Shown here piece after piece: positions 47,322 through 57,926 of a stretch of DNA of 64,000 nt; the stretch's first letter is position 1, and every line of letters begins with the position of its first letter. The notes under the pieces are model-generated. The model worked only from the letters and a program-made list of their open reading frames with translations, was not told the DNA's origin and searched no databases. Source of the stretch: an uncultured Bacilli bacterium (GTDB taxonomy: Bacteria > Bacillota_I > Bacilli_A > RF39 > UBA660); the NCBI GenBank assembly GCA_934183155.1, contig CAKPSB010000007.1, positions 5,768 to 69,767 on the forward strand, read 5' to 3'. The translations under genes were made by a program, and so were the position numbers.

Positions 47322-47852
47322 ATGAGTCGTATAGGAAATAGAGTACTTTCAATACCTGCAAATGTTACAGTAACTATTAATGGTAATGTTGTTACAGTTA
47401 AAGGTCCTAAAGGTGAACTTTCTACTGAAATTAACAAAAATATTGCTGTTGAAGTTAAAGACAGTGAAATTGTAGTTACAAGAAAAAGTGATGCTTTTAA
47501 AAATTTTCATGGTACAGCTAATGCTAATATTAGTAATATGCTTATTGGTGTAACTGAAGGTTTTGAAAAGAAACTTGAAACAGTTGGTGTTGGTTATCGT
47601 TTTAATGTAGCTGGTAACAAATTAACTGTTACTGCTGGTTATTCTCATCCTGTTATTGTAGAAGTTCCTGCTGGTCTTACAGCTGAATGTCCTAGTAATA
47701 CTGAACTTATTATTAAAGGATGCGATAAACAATTAGTTGGTGAATTTGCGGCTAATGTTAGAAAAATTAGAAAACCAGAACCATATAAAGGTAAAGGTAT
47801 TCGTTACCAAGATGAACACATCATCAAAAAAGTTGGTAAGAAAGCTGCTTAA
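47322..47852 (+). CDS. rplF: 50S ribosomal protein L6
   Basis: MSRIGN..L.IP..V.V.I.GN.V.VKGPKG. Confidence 0.97.
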   Translation: MSRIGNRVLSIPANVTVTINGNVVTVKGPKGELSTEINKNIAVEVKDSEIVVTRKSDAFKNFHGTANANISNMLIGVTEGFEKKLETVGVGYRFNVAGNKLTVTAGYSHPVIVEVPAGLTAECPSNTELIIKGCDKQLVGEFAANVRKIRKPEPYKGKGIRYQDEHIIKKVGKKAA

Positions 47853-47872
47853 TTGGAAAGGAAGAAGAGATT

Positions 47873-48235
47873 ATGATAAAGAAAGTTAATCGTAATGAAG
47901 TACGTCAAGCAAGACATACTAGAGTTAGAAATAAATTATCTGGAACTAGTGAAACACCTAGACTTAATGTATTTCGTTCTAACAGCAATATTTTCGCTCA
48001 AATTATCGATGATACTAAAGGTGTAACTTTAGTTTCAGCTTCTTCAATTGATAAAGAGTTGAAGCTTGAAAATGGTGGAAACGTCATTGCAGCTAAAAAA
48101 GTTGGCGAATTAATTGCTAAAAGAGCTAAGAAAGCTAAAATAAAAAATGTTGTATTCGATAGAGGCGGATACTTATACCATGGACGTGTTAAAGCTTTAG
48201 CTGAAGCAGCACGTGAAAATGGTTTAGAATTCTAA
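47873..48235 (+). CDS. rplR: 50S ribosomal protein L18
   Basis: R..RH.RVR.K..GT...PRL.VFRSN..I.AQ, FDRGGY.YHGRVKA. Confidence 0.97.
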   Translation: MIKKVNRNEVRQARHTRVRNKLSGTSETPRLNVFRSNSNIFAQIIDDTKGVTLVSASSIDKELKLENGGNVIAAKKVGELIAKRAKKAKIKNVVFDRGGYLYHGRVKALAEAARENGLEF

Positions 48236-48249
48236 AAGGAGGGAAAATA

Positions 48250-48753
48250 GTGGATACAAAAAGAAGAGAACCCCGTCCAAAGTTATTTGACGAAGAAGTT
48301 ATCAGTATCGGTAGAGTTACAAAGGTAACTAAAGGTGGTCGTCAGTTACGTTTTGCGGCTACTGCTGTTGTTGGTGATCACAAAGGACGAGTTGGTATCG
48401 GTTCTGGTAAAGCTGCCGAAGTACCAACTGCTATTAAAAAAGCTGTGGCTGCAGCTACTAAAAATGTTACTAACGTTGCAATCGTTGGTGGCAATACTAT
48501 CCCACATGAAGCTACTGGAAGAAGAGGCGCTAGTAAAGTTTTATTAAAACCTGCTTCTAAAGGTACTGGAGTTAAAGCTGGAGGTGCTGTTAGAGCTGTA
48601 TTAGAACTTGCAGGTGTTAAAGATGTATTATCTAAATCACTTGGTTCAAATACAAAAATTAATATGGCTTATGCAACTTTTGATGCTTTAAAACAACAAA
48701 GGACTGCTGAAGAAGTAGCTAAATTACGTGGTAAAAAAGTGGAGGAATTATAA
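48250..48753 (+). CDS. rpsE: 30S ribosomal protein S5
   Basis: I.RV.KV.KGGR...F.A..VVGD..G.VG.G.GKA. GTG start. Confidence 0.97.
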   Translation: MDTKRREPRPKLFDEEVISIGRVTKVTKGGRQLRFAATAVVGDHKGRVGIGSGKAAEVPTAIKKAVAAATKNVTNVAIVGGNTIPHEATGRRGASKVLLKPASKGTGVKAGGAVRAVLELAGVKDVLSKSLGSNTKINMAYATFDALKQQRTAEEVAKLRGKKVEEL

Positions 48754-48754
48754 T

Positions 48755-49198
48755 ATGAAGTTACATACAGTAAAACCAAATCCATATGCTACAAAAGCTA
48801 AAAAAAGAGTTGGACGTGGACCTGCTAGTGGTACTGGTAAAACTGCTGGTCGTGGTGAAAACGGACAAAATTCACGTAGTGGCGGAGGCGTTAGAGTAGG
48901 TTTCGAAGGTGGTCAAACTCCTTTATTTAGAAGATTACCTAAGAGAGGTTTTTCTAATGCTAAATTTAAAAAGGTGTATGCAGTTGTTAATTTATCAGAT
49001 TTAAATAAATTTGATAATGGTGCTGAAGTTACTCCAGAAATATTAAAAAATATGGGATTAGTAAAAAATACTTTAGATGGTATTAAAGTTCTTGGAAATG
49101 GTAAGTTAGAAAAGAAGTTAACTGTTAAAGCAAATAAATTTTCTGCTTCTGCCTTTGAACAAATAGAAAAATTGGGTGGAAAAGCAGAGGTGATCTAA
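48755..49198 (+). CDS. rplO: 50S ribosomal protein L15
   Basis: MKLHTVKP from the ATG at 48755, 1 nt after the rpsE stop. GRG..SG.GKT.GRG..GQ. No L30 gene between S5 and L15. Confidence 0.96.
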   Translation: MKLHTVKPNPYATKAKKRVGRGPASGTGKTAGRGENGQNSRSGGGVRVGFEGGQTPLFRRLPKRGFSNAKFKKVYAVVNLSDLNKFDNGAEVTPEILKNMGLVKNTLDGIKVLGNGKLEKKLTVKANKFSASAFEQIEKLGGKAEVI

Positions 49199-50449
49199 TT
49201 GTTTGAAAAAGTTAAACAATTTTTTAGCCAAGATAATAAAGATTTAAGAAAAAAAGTTTGGTTTACATTTGCGATGCTCTTTGTTTTTAAACTTGGAACC
49301 GCAATTGTAGTGCCAGGCGTTAACGAAGATTTAAATGTTGGATTTTTAGAGCTACTTAATATTATGGGTGGCGGAGCTATGAAGAATTTTTCAATTTTTG
49401 CTTTGGGTGTTATGCCTTATATTACAGCATCAATTGTTATTCAATTATTACAGATGGACATTGTTCCTTATTTCACAGAGCTTTCTAAACAAGGTCAGAC
49501 TGGAAGAAATAAAATTAATCAGATAACAAGAGTACTTGGTATTATACTTGCTTTTGTTCAGGGTTATATGTTTTCGTTTGCTTTTATTCAAAACGGAACG
49601 GTATCTGATTATCTTGAAGCTTCTTTGGTTATGACAGCTGGTACTTCATTACTTCTTTGGATTGGTGATGAAATTACTAAAAAAGGTTTGGGTAATGGAA
49701 CTTCTATGATTATTATGGCTGGTATTTTAGCCAGTACACCATATATGTTTAGTCAAGCATGGTCTGGTCTTGTTACAACTTCTAATGGAAGTTTAGGAGT
49801 ACTTTACTTTGTTTTGTTTATTCTTCTTTATTTAGCTATTGTACTTGGAGTTTTATTTGTTCAACTTGCTGAAAGAAGAATTCCTATTCAATATGCTAAT
49901 AAAACGGATAATGTTTATGGTGGTAAAAAAACATATATTCCATTTAAATTAAATTCAGCTGGAGTTGTGCCTGTTATTTTTGCATCAGCTCTTATTTCGG
50001 CCCCAGCTTTAATAGCTCAATTTTCTAAAAATGAAGGTATGATGAAGTTTGTTAATAAATGGCTTAGCTTATCTTCAACAACTGGATTTTTGTTATTTAT
50101 TATATTTATCGTTGCTTTCTCTTTCTTTTATACTTTTATTGTTATTAAACCGAAAGAAATGGCTGAAGATTTGCAAAAATCAGGTGGTTATATTCCTGGG
50201 GTTAGACCAGGGGAAGAAACGATTAAGTTTGTTAGTAAGACTTTAGTTAGACTTACAGTTGTTGGTTCAATCTTTTTAGCTGTTATTGCAGGGCTTCCAT
50301 ATGTGTTTAGTATGGTTTCTAAATTACCAACAACAGTATCACTTGGTGGTACAGGTTTACTTATTGTTATAGGTGTTATATTAGATACTTATAAGCAGCT
50401 TGAAAGTAATTTGATTAGTCGTAGTTACAGACGTAAGAGGATGTACTAA
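49199..50449 (+). CDS. secY: Preprotein translocase subunit SecY
   Basis: 10-TMS protein, FALGVMPYITASIV.QLL, GG.IPG.RPG. TTG start. Confidence 0.96.
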   Translation: MFEKVKQFFSQDNKDLRKKVWFTFAMLFVFKLGTAIVVPGVNEDLNVGFLELLNIMGGGAMKNFSIFALGVMPYITASIVIQLLQMDIVPYFTELSKQGQTGRNKINQITRVLGIILAFVQGYMFSFAFIQNGTVSDYLEASLVMTAGTSLLLWIGDEITKKGLGNGTSMIIMAGILASTPYMFSQAWSGLVTTSNGSLGVLYFVLFILLYLAIVLGVLFVQLAERRIPIQYANKTDNVYGGKKTYIPFKLNSAGVVPVIFASALISAPALIAQFSKNEGMMKFVNKWLSLSSTTGFLLFIIFIVAFSFFYTFIVIKPKEMAEDLQKSGGYIPGVRPGEETIKFVSKTLVRLTVVGSIFLAVIAGLPYVFSMVSKLPTTVSLGGTGLLIVIGVILDTYKQLESNLISRSYRRKRMY

Positions 50450-51078
50450 TGGGTATTACTCTTATTTCTGCACCAGCGGCTGGTAAAGGTTTGCTTTCTT
50501 CAATGGTTTCTAAGGAATATGGTTATCCACATATTTCTATTGGTGATTTGCTTAGAAATGTTGATGATGAAGCTGTTAAAGATAAGTTAGCAAATGGGAA
50601 ATTTGTTGATAATGATATAGTTGAAGCATTGCTTGTGAAAAGGTTAGGCAAACCTGATTGCAAAAATGGTTATATATTGGATGGATTTCCTAGAATAGTT
50701 TCACAAATACCTATTTATGAAAAAATTTGTGGCGATGATAATTATATTGTTGTACTTGATATACCTAAAGAAATTGGTGAGGCAAGAATTACTGGTAGAC
50801 GGGTATGTTTAAATTGTGGTGAGGTTTATAATGATTTGATTGAAAGTAGCAAGTCTAAGGTTTCTGGTGTATGTGATAATTGTGGTCATAAACTTATTAA
50901 AAGAAGTGATGACAATTTAGAAACATATGGTGATAGATATAGTACTTATTTAAAGGAAACTGTACCAATTATCCACTATTTTGAATCTAAAGGTAAAGTT
51001 TATCATATTGATGCTTCTGGTGATAAAATGGTTACTTTTAGGGAGTTGAAAAAAATTATAGGAGGCTATGATGATTAG
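50449..51078 (+). CDS. adk: Adenylate kinase (zinc-lid type, divergent P-loop)
   Basis: ISIGDLLR, GYILDGFPR, TGRRVCLNCGEVY..CDNCGHKLIKRSDDN. P-loop reads SAPAAGKGL instead of GxPGxGKGT. Confidence 0.88.
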   Translation: MGITLISAPAAGKGLLSSMVSKEYGYPHISIGDLLRNVDDEAVKDKLANGKFVDNDIVEALLVKRLGKPDCKNGYILDGFPRIVSQIPIYEKICGDDNYIVVLDIPKEIGEARITGRRVCLNCGEVYNDLIESSKSKVSGVCDNCGHKLIKRSDDNLETYGDRYSTYLKETVPIIHYFESKGKVYHIDASGDKMVTFRELKKIIGGYDD

Positions 51079-51817
51079 TATTAAATCAGAAAGAGAAATT
51101 GAACTTTTACGTATAGCTGGTGAGATTACTGGTAGTACTCATAAATATTTGATACCCTTTATTAAACCAGGTGTTACTACTAAAAAGTTAGATGAATTAG
51201 CCGAAGAATATATTTTAAAAAGAGGAGCAACCCCATCATTTAAGGGTTATGATGGTTTTCCAGCAACGATATGTGCATCTGTAAATGATGAAGTTGTACA
51301 TGGTATACCGGATAATCGAGTTTTAAAAGAAGGAGATATTATTTCTTTGGATATTGGAGCTTGTTATAAAGGTTATCATGGAGACTCTGCTTGGACATAT
51401 CCTGTTGGTAAAATTGATGATAAAAAGAAGTATTTACTTGAACATACTGAAAAATCTTTATTTAAAGGATTAGGCGCTATTCATGATGGATGTCATGTTG
51501 GTGATATCGGTTATGCGGTTAGTAAATATGCTGAAGAACATAATCTTGGTGTGGTTAGAGAGCTTGTTGGCCACGGTGTTGGAACTGATGTTCATGAAGA
51601 TCCAGATGTACCTAATTATGGTGCAAGACATACTGGTCCAGTTTTAAAGGAAGGTATGGTCATTGCTGTTGAACCAATGCTTAATTTGGGTACTAGAAAA
51701 GTTTATATTTGTGATAATGATTGGACTATTATTACAGCCGATGGCAAACCTTCAGCACACTTTGAACACACTGTATTAGTTACAAAAGATGGGTATGAAA
51801 TTTTAACCAGGAGGTGA
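51068..51817 (+). CDS. map: Type I methionine aminopeptidase
   Basis: [13 protein letters not shown], metal ligands D..D (ISLDIGA..GYHGDS), HG.G, EPM, FEHT. Confidence 0.96.
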   Translation: MMISIKSEREIELLRIAGEITGSTHKYLIPFIKPGVTTKKLDELAEEYILKRGATPSFKGYDGFPATICASVNDEVVHGIPDNRVLKEGDIISLDIGACYKGYHGDSAWTYPVGKIDDKKKYLLEHTEKSLFKGLGAIHDGCHVGDIGYAVSKYAEEHNLGVVRELVGHGVGTDVHEDPDVPNYGARHTGPVLKEGMVIAVEPMLNLGTRKVYICDNDWTIITADGKPSAHFEHTVLVTKDGYEILTRR

Positions 51818-51821
51818 TACA

Positions 51822-52043
51822 ATGGCTAAGGAAGATGTCATTGAAGTAGAAGGCGTAGTTACAGAGATTCTTCCCGGTGGAGGATTTAAGGTAAAACTAG
51901 AAAACAATCACGTTATTAAGGCCCACATTTCTGGTAAAATGCGTTTACATCGTATTCGTATTTTACTAGGCGACAAAGTGAAAGTTGAATTATCACCTTA
52001 TGATTTAACATGTGGGCGTATAACCTATAGAGTGACAAAGTAG
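51822..52043 (+). CDS. infA: Translation initiation factor IF-1
   Basis: [15 protein letters not shown]...F.V.LEN.H...AHISGKMR...IRIL.GD.V.VE.SPYDL..GRI.YR. Confidence 0.98.
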   Translation: MAKEDVIEVEGVVTEILPGGGFKVKLENNHVIKAHISGKMRLHRIRILLGDKVKVELSPYDLTCGRITYRVTK

Positions 52044-52055
52044 GAGGATGAAAAT

Positions 52056-52172
52056 ATGAAAGTAAGACCATCAGTCAAAAAAATGTGTGATAAATGTAAA
52101 ATTATCAGACGTAATGGAAAAGTAATGGTAATTTGTGATAATCCAAAACACAAACAAAGACAAGGTAAATAG
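52056..52172 (+). CDS. rpmJ: 50S ribosomal protein L36
   Basis: Not in the ORF track (38 aa). [48 protein letters not shown]. Confidence 0.96.
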   Translation: MKVRPSVKKMCDKCKIIRRNGKVMVICDNPKHKQRQGK

Positions 52173-52183
52173 GAGGTGTTTTA

Positions 52184-52549
52184 ATGGCACGTATTAAAGG
52201 TGTAGATATACCAAATAATAAGAGAATTGAAATTGCTCTTACTTATGTTTATGGTATTGGTAGAAGTTTATCTCAAAGAATATTAGCAGATGCTAAAATT
52301 GATTTAAACAAAAAAGCGGGCAGTTTGGATAATGAAGAATTAGCTCGTATAAGAGAAGAAGTTAATAAATATTTAACTGAAGGTGATTTACGTCGTGAAG
52401 TTAATATGAATATTAAAACTAAGATGGAAATCAACTCTTATCAAGGTACTCGTCATAAAAAAGGTTTACCAGTTAGAGGTCAAAGAACTAGTAGAAATGC
52501 TAGAACTCGTAAAGGTAAAGCTAAGACAATAGCAAATAAGAAAAAATAG
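52184..52549 (+). CDS. rpsM: 30S ribosomal protein S13
   Basis: [23 protein letters not shown]. Confidence 0.98.
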   Translation: MARIKGVDIPNNKRIEIALTYVYGIGRSLSQRILADAKIDLNKKAGSLDNEELARIREEVNKYLTEGDLRREVNMNIKTKMEINSYQGTRHKKGLPVRGQRTSRNARTRKGKAKTIANKKK

Positions 52550-52571
52550 GAAACTATAAAAGGAGGATATT

Positions 52572-52955
52572 ATGGCTTATAAAGCAAGAAAACGTAAGGT
52601 TAAAAAGAATGTCCCAGAAGGTAGAGCATTTATTCATTCAACGTTTAATAATACTATCGTAACTCTTACTGATAAAGAGGGTAATGCGGTTAGTTGGGCA
52701 TCAGCTGGAACTTTAGGATTTAAAGGTAGTAAAAAATCAACACCTTTTGCGGCTGGTATGGCGGCTGAAGCTGCTGGTAAAGCTGCTGTTGAAATGGGTA
52801 TGAAAAAAGTTGAGGTATATGCTAAAGGTTTAGGTTCTGGAAGAGAAACAGCAATTCGTTCTTTACAAACAGCTGGTTTAGAAATTACTTCAATTTCAGA
52901 TGTCACACCTATGCCACATAATGGATGTCGTCCACCAAAACGACCACGTGGATAA
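52572..52955 (+). CDS. rpsK: 30S ribosomal protein S11
   Basis: [17 protein letters not shown]...W.SAG..GFKGS.KSTPFAA. Confidence 0.98.
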   Translation: MAYKARKRKVKKNVPEGRAFIHSTFNNTIVTLTDKEGNAVSWASAGTLGFKGSKKSTPFAAGMAAEAAGKAAVEMGMKKVEVYAKGLGSGRETAIRSLQTAGLEITSISDVTPMPHNGCRPPKRPRG

Positions 52956-52972
52956 AAGGAAAGGAGACCTTT

Positions 52973-53920
52973 ATGAATTTTGAAAAACCAGATTACAAAA
53001 TAACAGATTATGTTGAAAATAATAATTATGGTAAGTTTGAATTAGAACCTTTAGAAAGGGGATTTGGACTTACTATTGGTAATGCACTTAGAAGAGTTAT
53101 GCTTTCTTCAATGCCAGGTAGTGCAATTGTTGCCGTTAAGATTGATGGCGTTATGCATGAATTTCAAACTATGGAAGGCGTTATTGAAGATGTTACAGCT
53201 ATTATTTTGAATTTAAAAGGTGTAGTTATTAGAAATCATTCTAATGAAGTTAGGACTGCTCATTTATCTGTAAATGAGGAGAGAGTTGTAACTGCGGGTG
53301 ATATTGTTTGTGATAATGATGTTGAAATTATTAATAAAGATCAAGTGATTGCTACTTTAGCTAAAGGCGGTAAACTTGATATGGAATTCATCATTGCTAA
53401 TGGTAGAGGTGCTGCTTTATCTCAAGAAAATAAAAAATATATTGAAGATACAACTTTAGGTTATATACCTATTGATGCACTTTATTCACCAATTGAAAGA
53501 GTTAGTTATGAAACTGATAAAGCTCGTGTTGGTCAAGATGCTTCTTATGATAAGTTAATTATGGAAGTTGAGACTAATGGTTCTCTTCGTCCAGAAGAGG
53601 CTATGGCACTTGCTGCTAAGATTTTAATTGAACATTTAAATATTATTACTAATTTAGATGAAATAGCTGATGTTACTGGTATTATGAATGCTAAACAAGA
53701 GGATAATAAGCTTAAAAAATTAGAAACGTCTATTGATGATTTAGATTTTTCTGTAAGAGCTTATAATTGCTTGAAGAGAGCTAACATTAATACTCTTGGT
53801 GATTTAACTGAAAAATCAGAATTAGAAATGATGAAAATTCGTAATTTAGGAAAAAAATCTTTAAAAGAAGTTATGGATAAAATTAAAGATATGGGTCTTA
53901 AATTCCGTGATGAAGATTAA
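52973..53920 (+). CDS. rpoA: DNA-directed RNA polymerase subunit alpha
   Basis: ATG at 52973 after GGAAAGGAG. GKFELEPLERGFG.T.GNALRR..LSS.PG, and C-terminal domain LDFSVRAYNCLKRANI.T.GDL. Confidence 0.97.
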   Translation: MNFEKPDYKITDYVENNNYGKFELEPLERGFGLTIGNALRRVMLSSMPGSAIVAVKIDGVMHEFQTMEGVIEDVTAIILNLKGVVIRNHSNEVRTAHLSVNEERVVTAGDIVCDNDVEIINKDQVIATLAKGGKLDMEFIIANGRGAALSQENKKYIEDTTLGYIPIDALYSPIERVSYETDKARVGQDASYDKLIMEVETNGSLRPEEAMALAAKILIEHLNIITNLDEIADVTGIMNAKQEDNKLKKLETSIDDLDFSVRAYNCLKRANINTLGDLTEKSELEMMKIRNLGKKSLKEVMDKIKDMGLKFRDED

Positions 53921-53936
53921 TAGTTAGGAGGATATT

Positions 53937-54293
53937 ATGGCTTATAGAAAATTAGGACGCGATAATAAACACAGAAGAAGTATGCTAGCAAATCTAACTA
54001 AAGATGTCATCAATAATGAAAAAGTAGTTACAACTGAGACTAGAGCTAAAGAAGCTCGTAAGTTTGTTGACAAAATGATTACTTATGGTAAAGATGGTTC
54101 ATTAGTTGCTAGAAGAAAAGCTTTAGCTTTCTTACATAATGATAAAGATACTGTTAAAAAAGTATTTGATGTTTTAGCTGTTCGCTATGCTAAAAGAAAT
54201 GGCGGATATACTAGAATTTCAAAAATTGATGAAAGAAGAGGAGACGACGCTTTAATGGTTGTTTTATCTCTTGTTGAAGAAGACGCTAAATAG
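53937..54293 (+). CDS. rplQ: 50S ribosomal protein L17
   Basis: YRKLGR...HR..ML.NL, GGYTRI.K...RRGD.A. Confidence 0.97.
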   Translation: MAYRKLGRDNKHRRSMLANLTKDVINNEKVVTTETRAKEARKFVDKMITYGKDGSLVARRKALAFLHNDKDTVKKVFDVLAVRYAKRNGGYTRISKIDERRGDDALMVVLSLVEEDAK

Positions 54294-54305
54294 GCGTTTT
54301 TTTTT
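54279..54305 (+). terminator. Intrinsic terminator after rplQ
   Basis: AAGACGC / GCGTTTT stem (with a G-T pair) around a TAAATAG loop, running into a T9 tract. Confidence 0.55.
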
Positions 54306-54573
54306 ACTTTAACATAGTTTAATGATATATATAGTGGTGATATTATGAGTGAACAGGAAGTTAAAGCTTTTTGTGATTTTAGATATATTTAATTTGTTTT
54401 TAAGTTAGCAAATATGTTTTTTTATTTGTTTTGGTTATGAGGAAGATTCTGTTAAACATTGTAAATTTAAATAAATTTGTTTTAGTTTATTATCTTTCAA
54501 AAAAAATTACTTTTAAAAAACTATTTATATACTGATGTTTATAATAATTGTTTGCATCAATATTAAATAGTTT

Positions 54574-55032
54574 TTATTTTTTTAATGAAAGTACCCATTT
54601 TTCATAGCTTTTTTCATATGTGTCATGATATTTTTTTGCTTCTTCTTCGTTTTTTATTTGTTCGAATATTTCGTCTGGAAAATATGGTGCAATTTTATCA
54701 CCGTGAATTATGTACATTATTTCTATAAATTTATCGTCATATTTTTCATTTGTTGGTACTAGATTTATGGCTTCTGGTGAGTGTAGTAGCATTATTTCTA
54801 ACTCTTCATAGCTTATATAATTTTTATCTTTTTCTTGATGTTTTGTGATTTGCTTGTGGATGATTTTTTCATACATTTGATATGGAATGTAGGGAATAAT
54901 TTCGTCACCTAAAATGAGATATAATGTTTCAATTAAGTTTTCATTATATTTTTCTGTTACGGGTAATGTTGTTATTAATTTTGGATTTCTTAGTATAGCC
55001 CCAAAAAATTCTGCTTCATCTTTATATTCCAT
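54574..55032 (-). CDS. Hypothetical protein with two ~65-aa internal repeats
   Basis: 152 aa. Repeat 1 NPKLITTLPVTEKYNENLIETLYLILGDEIIPYIPYQMYEKI. Repeat 2 SPEAINLVPTNEKYDDKFIEIMYIIHGDKIAPYFPDEIFEQI. Confidence 0.55.
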   Translation of the reverse strand: MEYKDEAEFFGAILRNPKLITTLPVTEKYNENLIETLYLILGDEIIPYIPYQMYEKIIHKQITKHQEKDKNYISYEELEIMLLHSPEAINLVPTNEKYDDKFIEIMYIIHGDKIAPYFPDEIFEQIKNEEEAKKYHDTYEKSYEKWVLSLKK

Positions 55033-55130
55033 TTTTTACCTCTTTGATTTTATAATAATTTATTTAAATGTTTTTGTCAATTGATTTACAAATGTTTTGG
55101 CATATTATATAATGAATTTAGGGTGATTTT

Positions 55131-55883
55131 ATGAAGGCATTAATTACGGGCGCTAGTAGTGGCATGGGCGCTGATATGGCTAGATGTTTAGTTAATGAGG
55201 GTTATGAGGTTATATTAGTTGCTAGAAGAAAGGGAAGACTAGAGAAGTTAGCAAAGGAATTAGGAAATAAGGCTACTTTTATTGTTAAAGATATTTCTAG
55301 TACATTTAATTGTATGGAACTTTATAATGAAGTAAAAAAAGAAAATATTGATATTTTGATTAATAATGCTGGATTTGGTGTTTTTGGTGAATTTTATAAG
55401 ACTAGTTTGGATAAGGAACTTGATATGATTGATTTGAATGTAAAGTCATTACATACTTTAACCAAATTATTTTTAAAGGATTTTATTAAGAAAGATAGAG
55501 GATATATTTTAAATGTAGCTTCTTCTGCTGGATTTATGGCTGGACCTTTGATGGCTAGTTATTATGCTACTAAAAATTATGTTGTTAGTTTAACAAGTGC
55601 AATTTATGAAGAGCTAAAAAAAATGGGAAGTAATGTTTCCATTAGTGCTTTTTGTCCTGGCCCTGTTGATACGGAATTTAATAAAGTGGCAAGGGTACAT
55701 TTTTCAATTAAAGGTTTAAATAGTTTTGATGTATCTAATTATGCTATTAAAAAAATGTTTGATGAAAAGATGATTATTGTTCCTGGTTTTAAAATGAAGG
55801 TTGGGCTTTTTTTGACAAGATTTATTCCTAGAAAATTACTTTTGAAAATTAGTTATAAAATTCAAAATGGTAAAAGGAAATAA
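55131..55883 (+). CDS. Short-chain dehydrogenase/reductase (SDR)
   Basis: ALITGASSGMG cofactor motif, NNAG, catalytic S..YxxxK (SSAG..YYATK). Confidence 0.88.
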   Translation: MKALITGASSGMGADMARCLVNEGYEVILVARRKGRLEKLAKELGNKATFIVKDISSTFNCMELYNEVKKENIDILINNAGFGVFGEFYKTSLDKELDMIDLNVKSLHTLTKLFLKDFIKKDRGYILNVASSAGFMAGPLMASYYATKNYVVSLTSAIYEELKKMGSNVSISAFCPGPVDTEFNKVARVHFSIKGLNSFDVSNYAIKKMFDEKMIIVPGFKMKVGLFLTRFIPRKLLLKISYKIQNGKRK

Positions 55884-55920
55884 ATATTTATTTTAACATA
55901 AACTTAATAGAGGTGAGTTT

Positions 55921-57093
55921 TTGAGACGATTATTAGACTTTGAAGAAATGAATGAGATTTTGTCTTCACTTAATAATAAAGTTATTAGGAAAGAAAAACC
56001 TATTGGATATACGTTTTTTAATTATCCTATTGATCATTATGTGTATGGTCATGGGAAGTATCATGTTATTATGACGGCTGGTACTCATGCAGCGGAACTT
56101 ATTAGTAATGTTTTTGTAGTTAGATTTATGGAGATGCTTTCTTTGGGAAAGATAGATATTGATGATAATTTATATACTATTCATTTTATTCCTTTTGTTA
56201 ATCCTGAGGGAACTATTATTGTTACTGAGGCTATTAGGACTTTGATTACTAGAGATATGAGTGAAGAAGAGGTTCAGACATATTTACTTGCTTATTATAG
56301 AAATTGTCATATAGAAAGTGATTATGCTTTAAAGTATGGTTTAAGAGATAATAAACTTCAACATTATATGTTTAGACATGCATCACCGGCTATTTTAGAA
56401 AAGAAACATAAAGCTCTTTCTGAGAGTTTGAAAAGGATATTTAAAGAAAGTAATTTACCTGATGGCTGTATGATTAATTGGTCTAATAATGGTCGAGGCG
56501 TTGATTTAAATTCTAATATTGAAAGCAGTCATTTTATTGACAGAGTAGTAAATGGCGAGGAAATATATGGTAAGTTTCATTTAAATAATATTAGGAGAGA
56601 TAAGTTAGGACCTACGGGATGTCCATTTTATAGATTTGGTGAAATTGAAAAAGAAAATATAGCTCTTTTAAATTTCTATGATGAGATAAAAAATAATTAT
56701 GATTTGATTGGCTCTTTTATTTATCATAGCTGTGGAAATATAGTTTATTATTTAGGTGAAGATAAGGAAAAAAATCCATGGGTTGATTTGACTGAAAAGA
56801 TGAAAAGTGATAATAAAAGGTGTGCTTTAGCGTATGCTGGCAGATCAAAATATAAAATAGATGGTTTAGATATTTATACGACGATGGATGCGAAGATTAA
56901 AAGTTTATTTCCAGTAACTTTATTGATTGAACTTGGGGGTGTTAGAGCTACGCCACTTTCACAGTTTATGGATCTTGATTTAGATGGCAGTGATACTTCT
57001 TTTAGGCATGTTTATAGTAAGATAATTAATGATAATGTTCAAGCTGTTTTAGCAACTATTGAAGAAATGCTTGATATTTATATGGAAAAATAG
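55921..57093 (+). CDS. M14-family zinc carboxypeptidase-like protein
   Basis: TAGTHAAELIS (HxxE zinc motif), PFVNPEG (NPDG-like). 390 aa. TTG start after GAGGTGAG. Confidence 0.55.
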   Translation: MRRLLDFEEMNEILSSLNNKVIRKEKPIGYTFFNYPIDHYVYGHGKYHVIMTAGTHAAELISNVFVVRFMEMLSLGKIDIDDNLYTIHFIPFVNPEGTIIVTEAIRTLITRDMSEEEVQTYLLAYYRNCHIESDYALKYGLRDNKLQHYMFRHASPAILEKKHKALSESLKRIFKESNLPDGCMINWSNNGRGVDLNSNIESSHFIDRVVNGEEIYGKFHLNNIRRDKLGPTGCPFYRFGEIEKENIALLNFYDEIKNNYDLIGSFIYHSCGNIVYYLGEDKEKNPWVDLTEKMKSDNKRCALAYAGRSKYKIDGLDIYTTMDAKIKSLFPVTLLIELGGVRATPLSQFMDLDLDGSDTSFRHVYSKIINDNVQAVLATIEEMLDIYMEK

Positions 57094-57155
57094 TTTTTGC
57101 TATTTTTTTTCTTTTTTAATTGTAAATTGTTTTTTTCTATATTATAATATCAGAT

Positions 57156-57926
57156 ATGGTGAGGCGTATGGATGCAATTAAAGTTAAAAACTTAAATTTT
57201 AATTATGGAGAAAAGGTGATTTTTAAAAATTTTAATTTAACTATTAAAAAAGGTGATTTTGTAACTATTTCGGGGAAAAATTGCTCTGGTAAAAGTACGC
57301 TTTGCAAAATAATTTATGGTGATTTGAAATATAATGGTGAAGTTTATATTTATAATGATCTTGTTAATTTTAAAAATGTTAAAATTTTTCAAGAAAATAT
57401 TGCTTTTATTTATGATTTTTATGATGAATTTTCTTTTTCTTTAAGTGTTCATGATGAATTTTATCAAGTTTTAAATAATGAAGATAGGATTGTTGAAATG
57501 GCTAAACTTCTTGGACTTTTTAAAGATTTGTATATTAATTGTTTTGAACTATCATTTAAAAAAAGAAAACTTGTCGCATTAGGCATAGCTTTACTTAAAA
57601 GGTCATCAATTTTAATATTAGATAATGCTTTTGAAGGTATTGATGAGAAAATAAAGAAAAAAGTAATTAATATTATTAAAAAAAATAAGGTGACAGTTTT
57701 AAATGTAACACATGATGTTGAAGATTTTTTAATTAGTGATCGAATTGTTATTATTGATAATGGTATTAAATTTGAAGGGACTTATAAGAGGTTTTTTAAT
57801 GAAAGTTTAACTGATTTTGAAATGCCATTTATTGTAAATTTATCATATAAGTTAAAATTTTATGATTTGATTGATAAAATTTATTATTCTGAAAAGGCTT
57901 TGGTGGATGACTTGTGGAAAATGTAA
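57156..57926 (+). CDS. EcfA-like ABC ATPase with degenerate signature and catalytic residues
   Basis: Walker A GKNCSGKST is intact. The signature reads LSFKK (not LSGGQ). Walker B is ILILDN (Asn replaces the catalytic Glu). H-loop VTHD. Syntenic position of ecfA1 (rplQ..ecfA-ecfA-ecfT-truA-rplM). Confidence 0.7.
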   Translation: MVRRMDAIKVKNLNFNYGEKVIFKNFNLTIKKGDFVTISGKNCSGKSTLCKIIYGDLKYNGEVYIYNDLVNFKNVKIFQENIAFIYDFYDEFSFSLSVHDEFYQVLNNEDRIVEMAKLLGLFKDLYINCFELSFKKRKLVALGIALLKRSSILILDNAFEGIDEKIKKKVINIIKKNKVTVLNVTHDVEDFLISDRIVIIDNGIKFEGTYKRFFNESLTDFEMPFIVNLSYKLKFYDLIDKIYYSEKALVDDLWKM

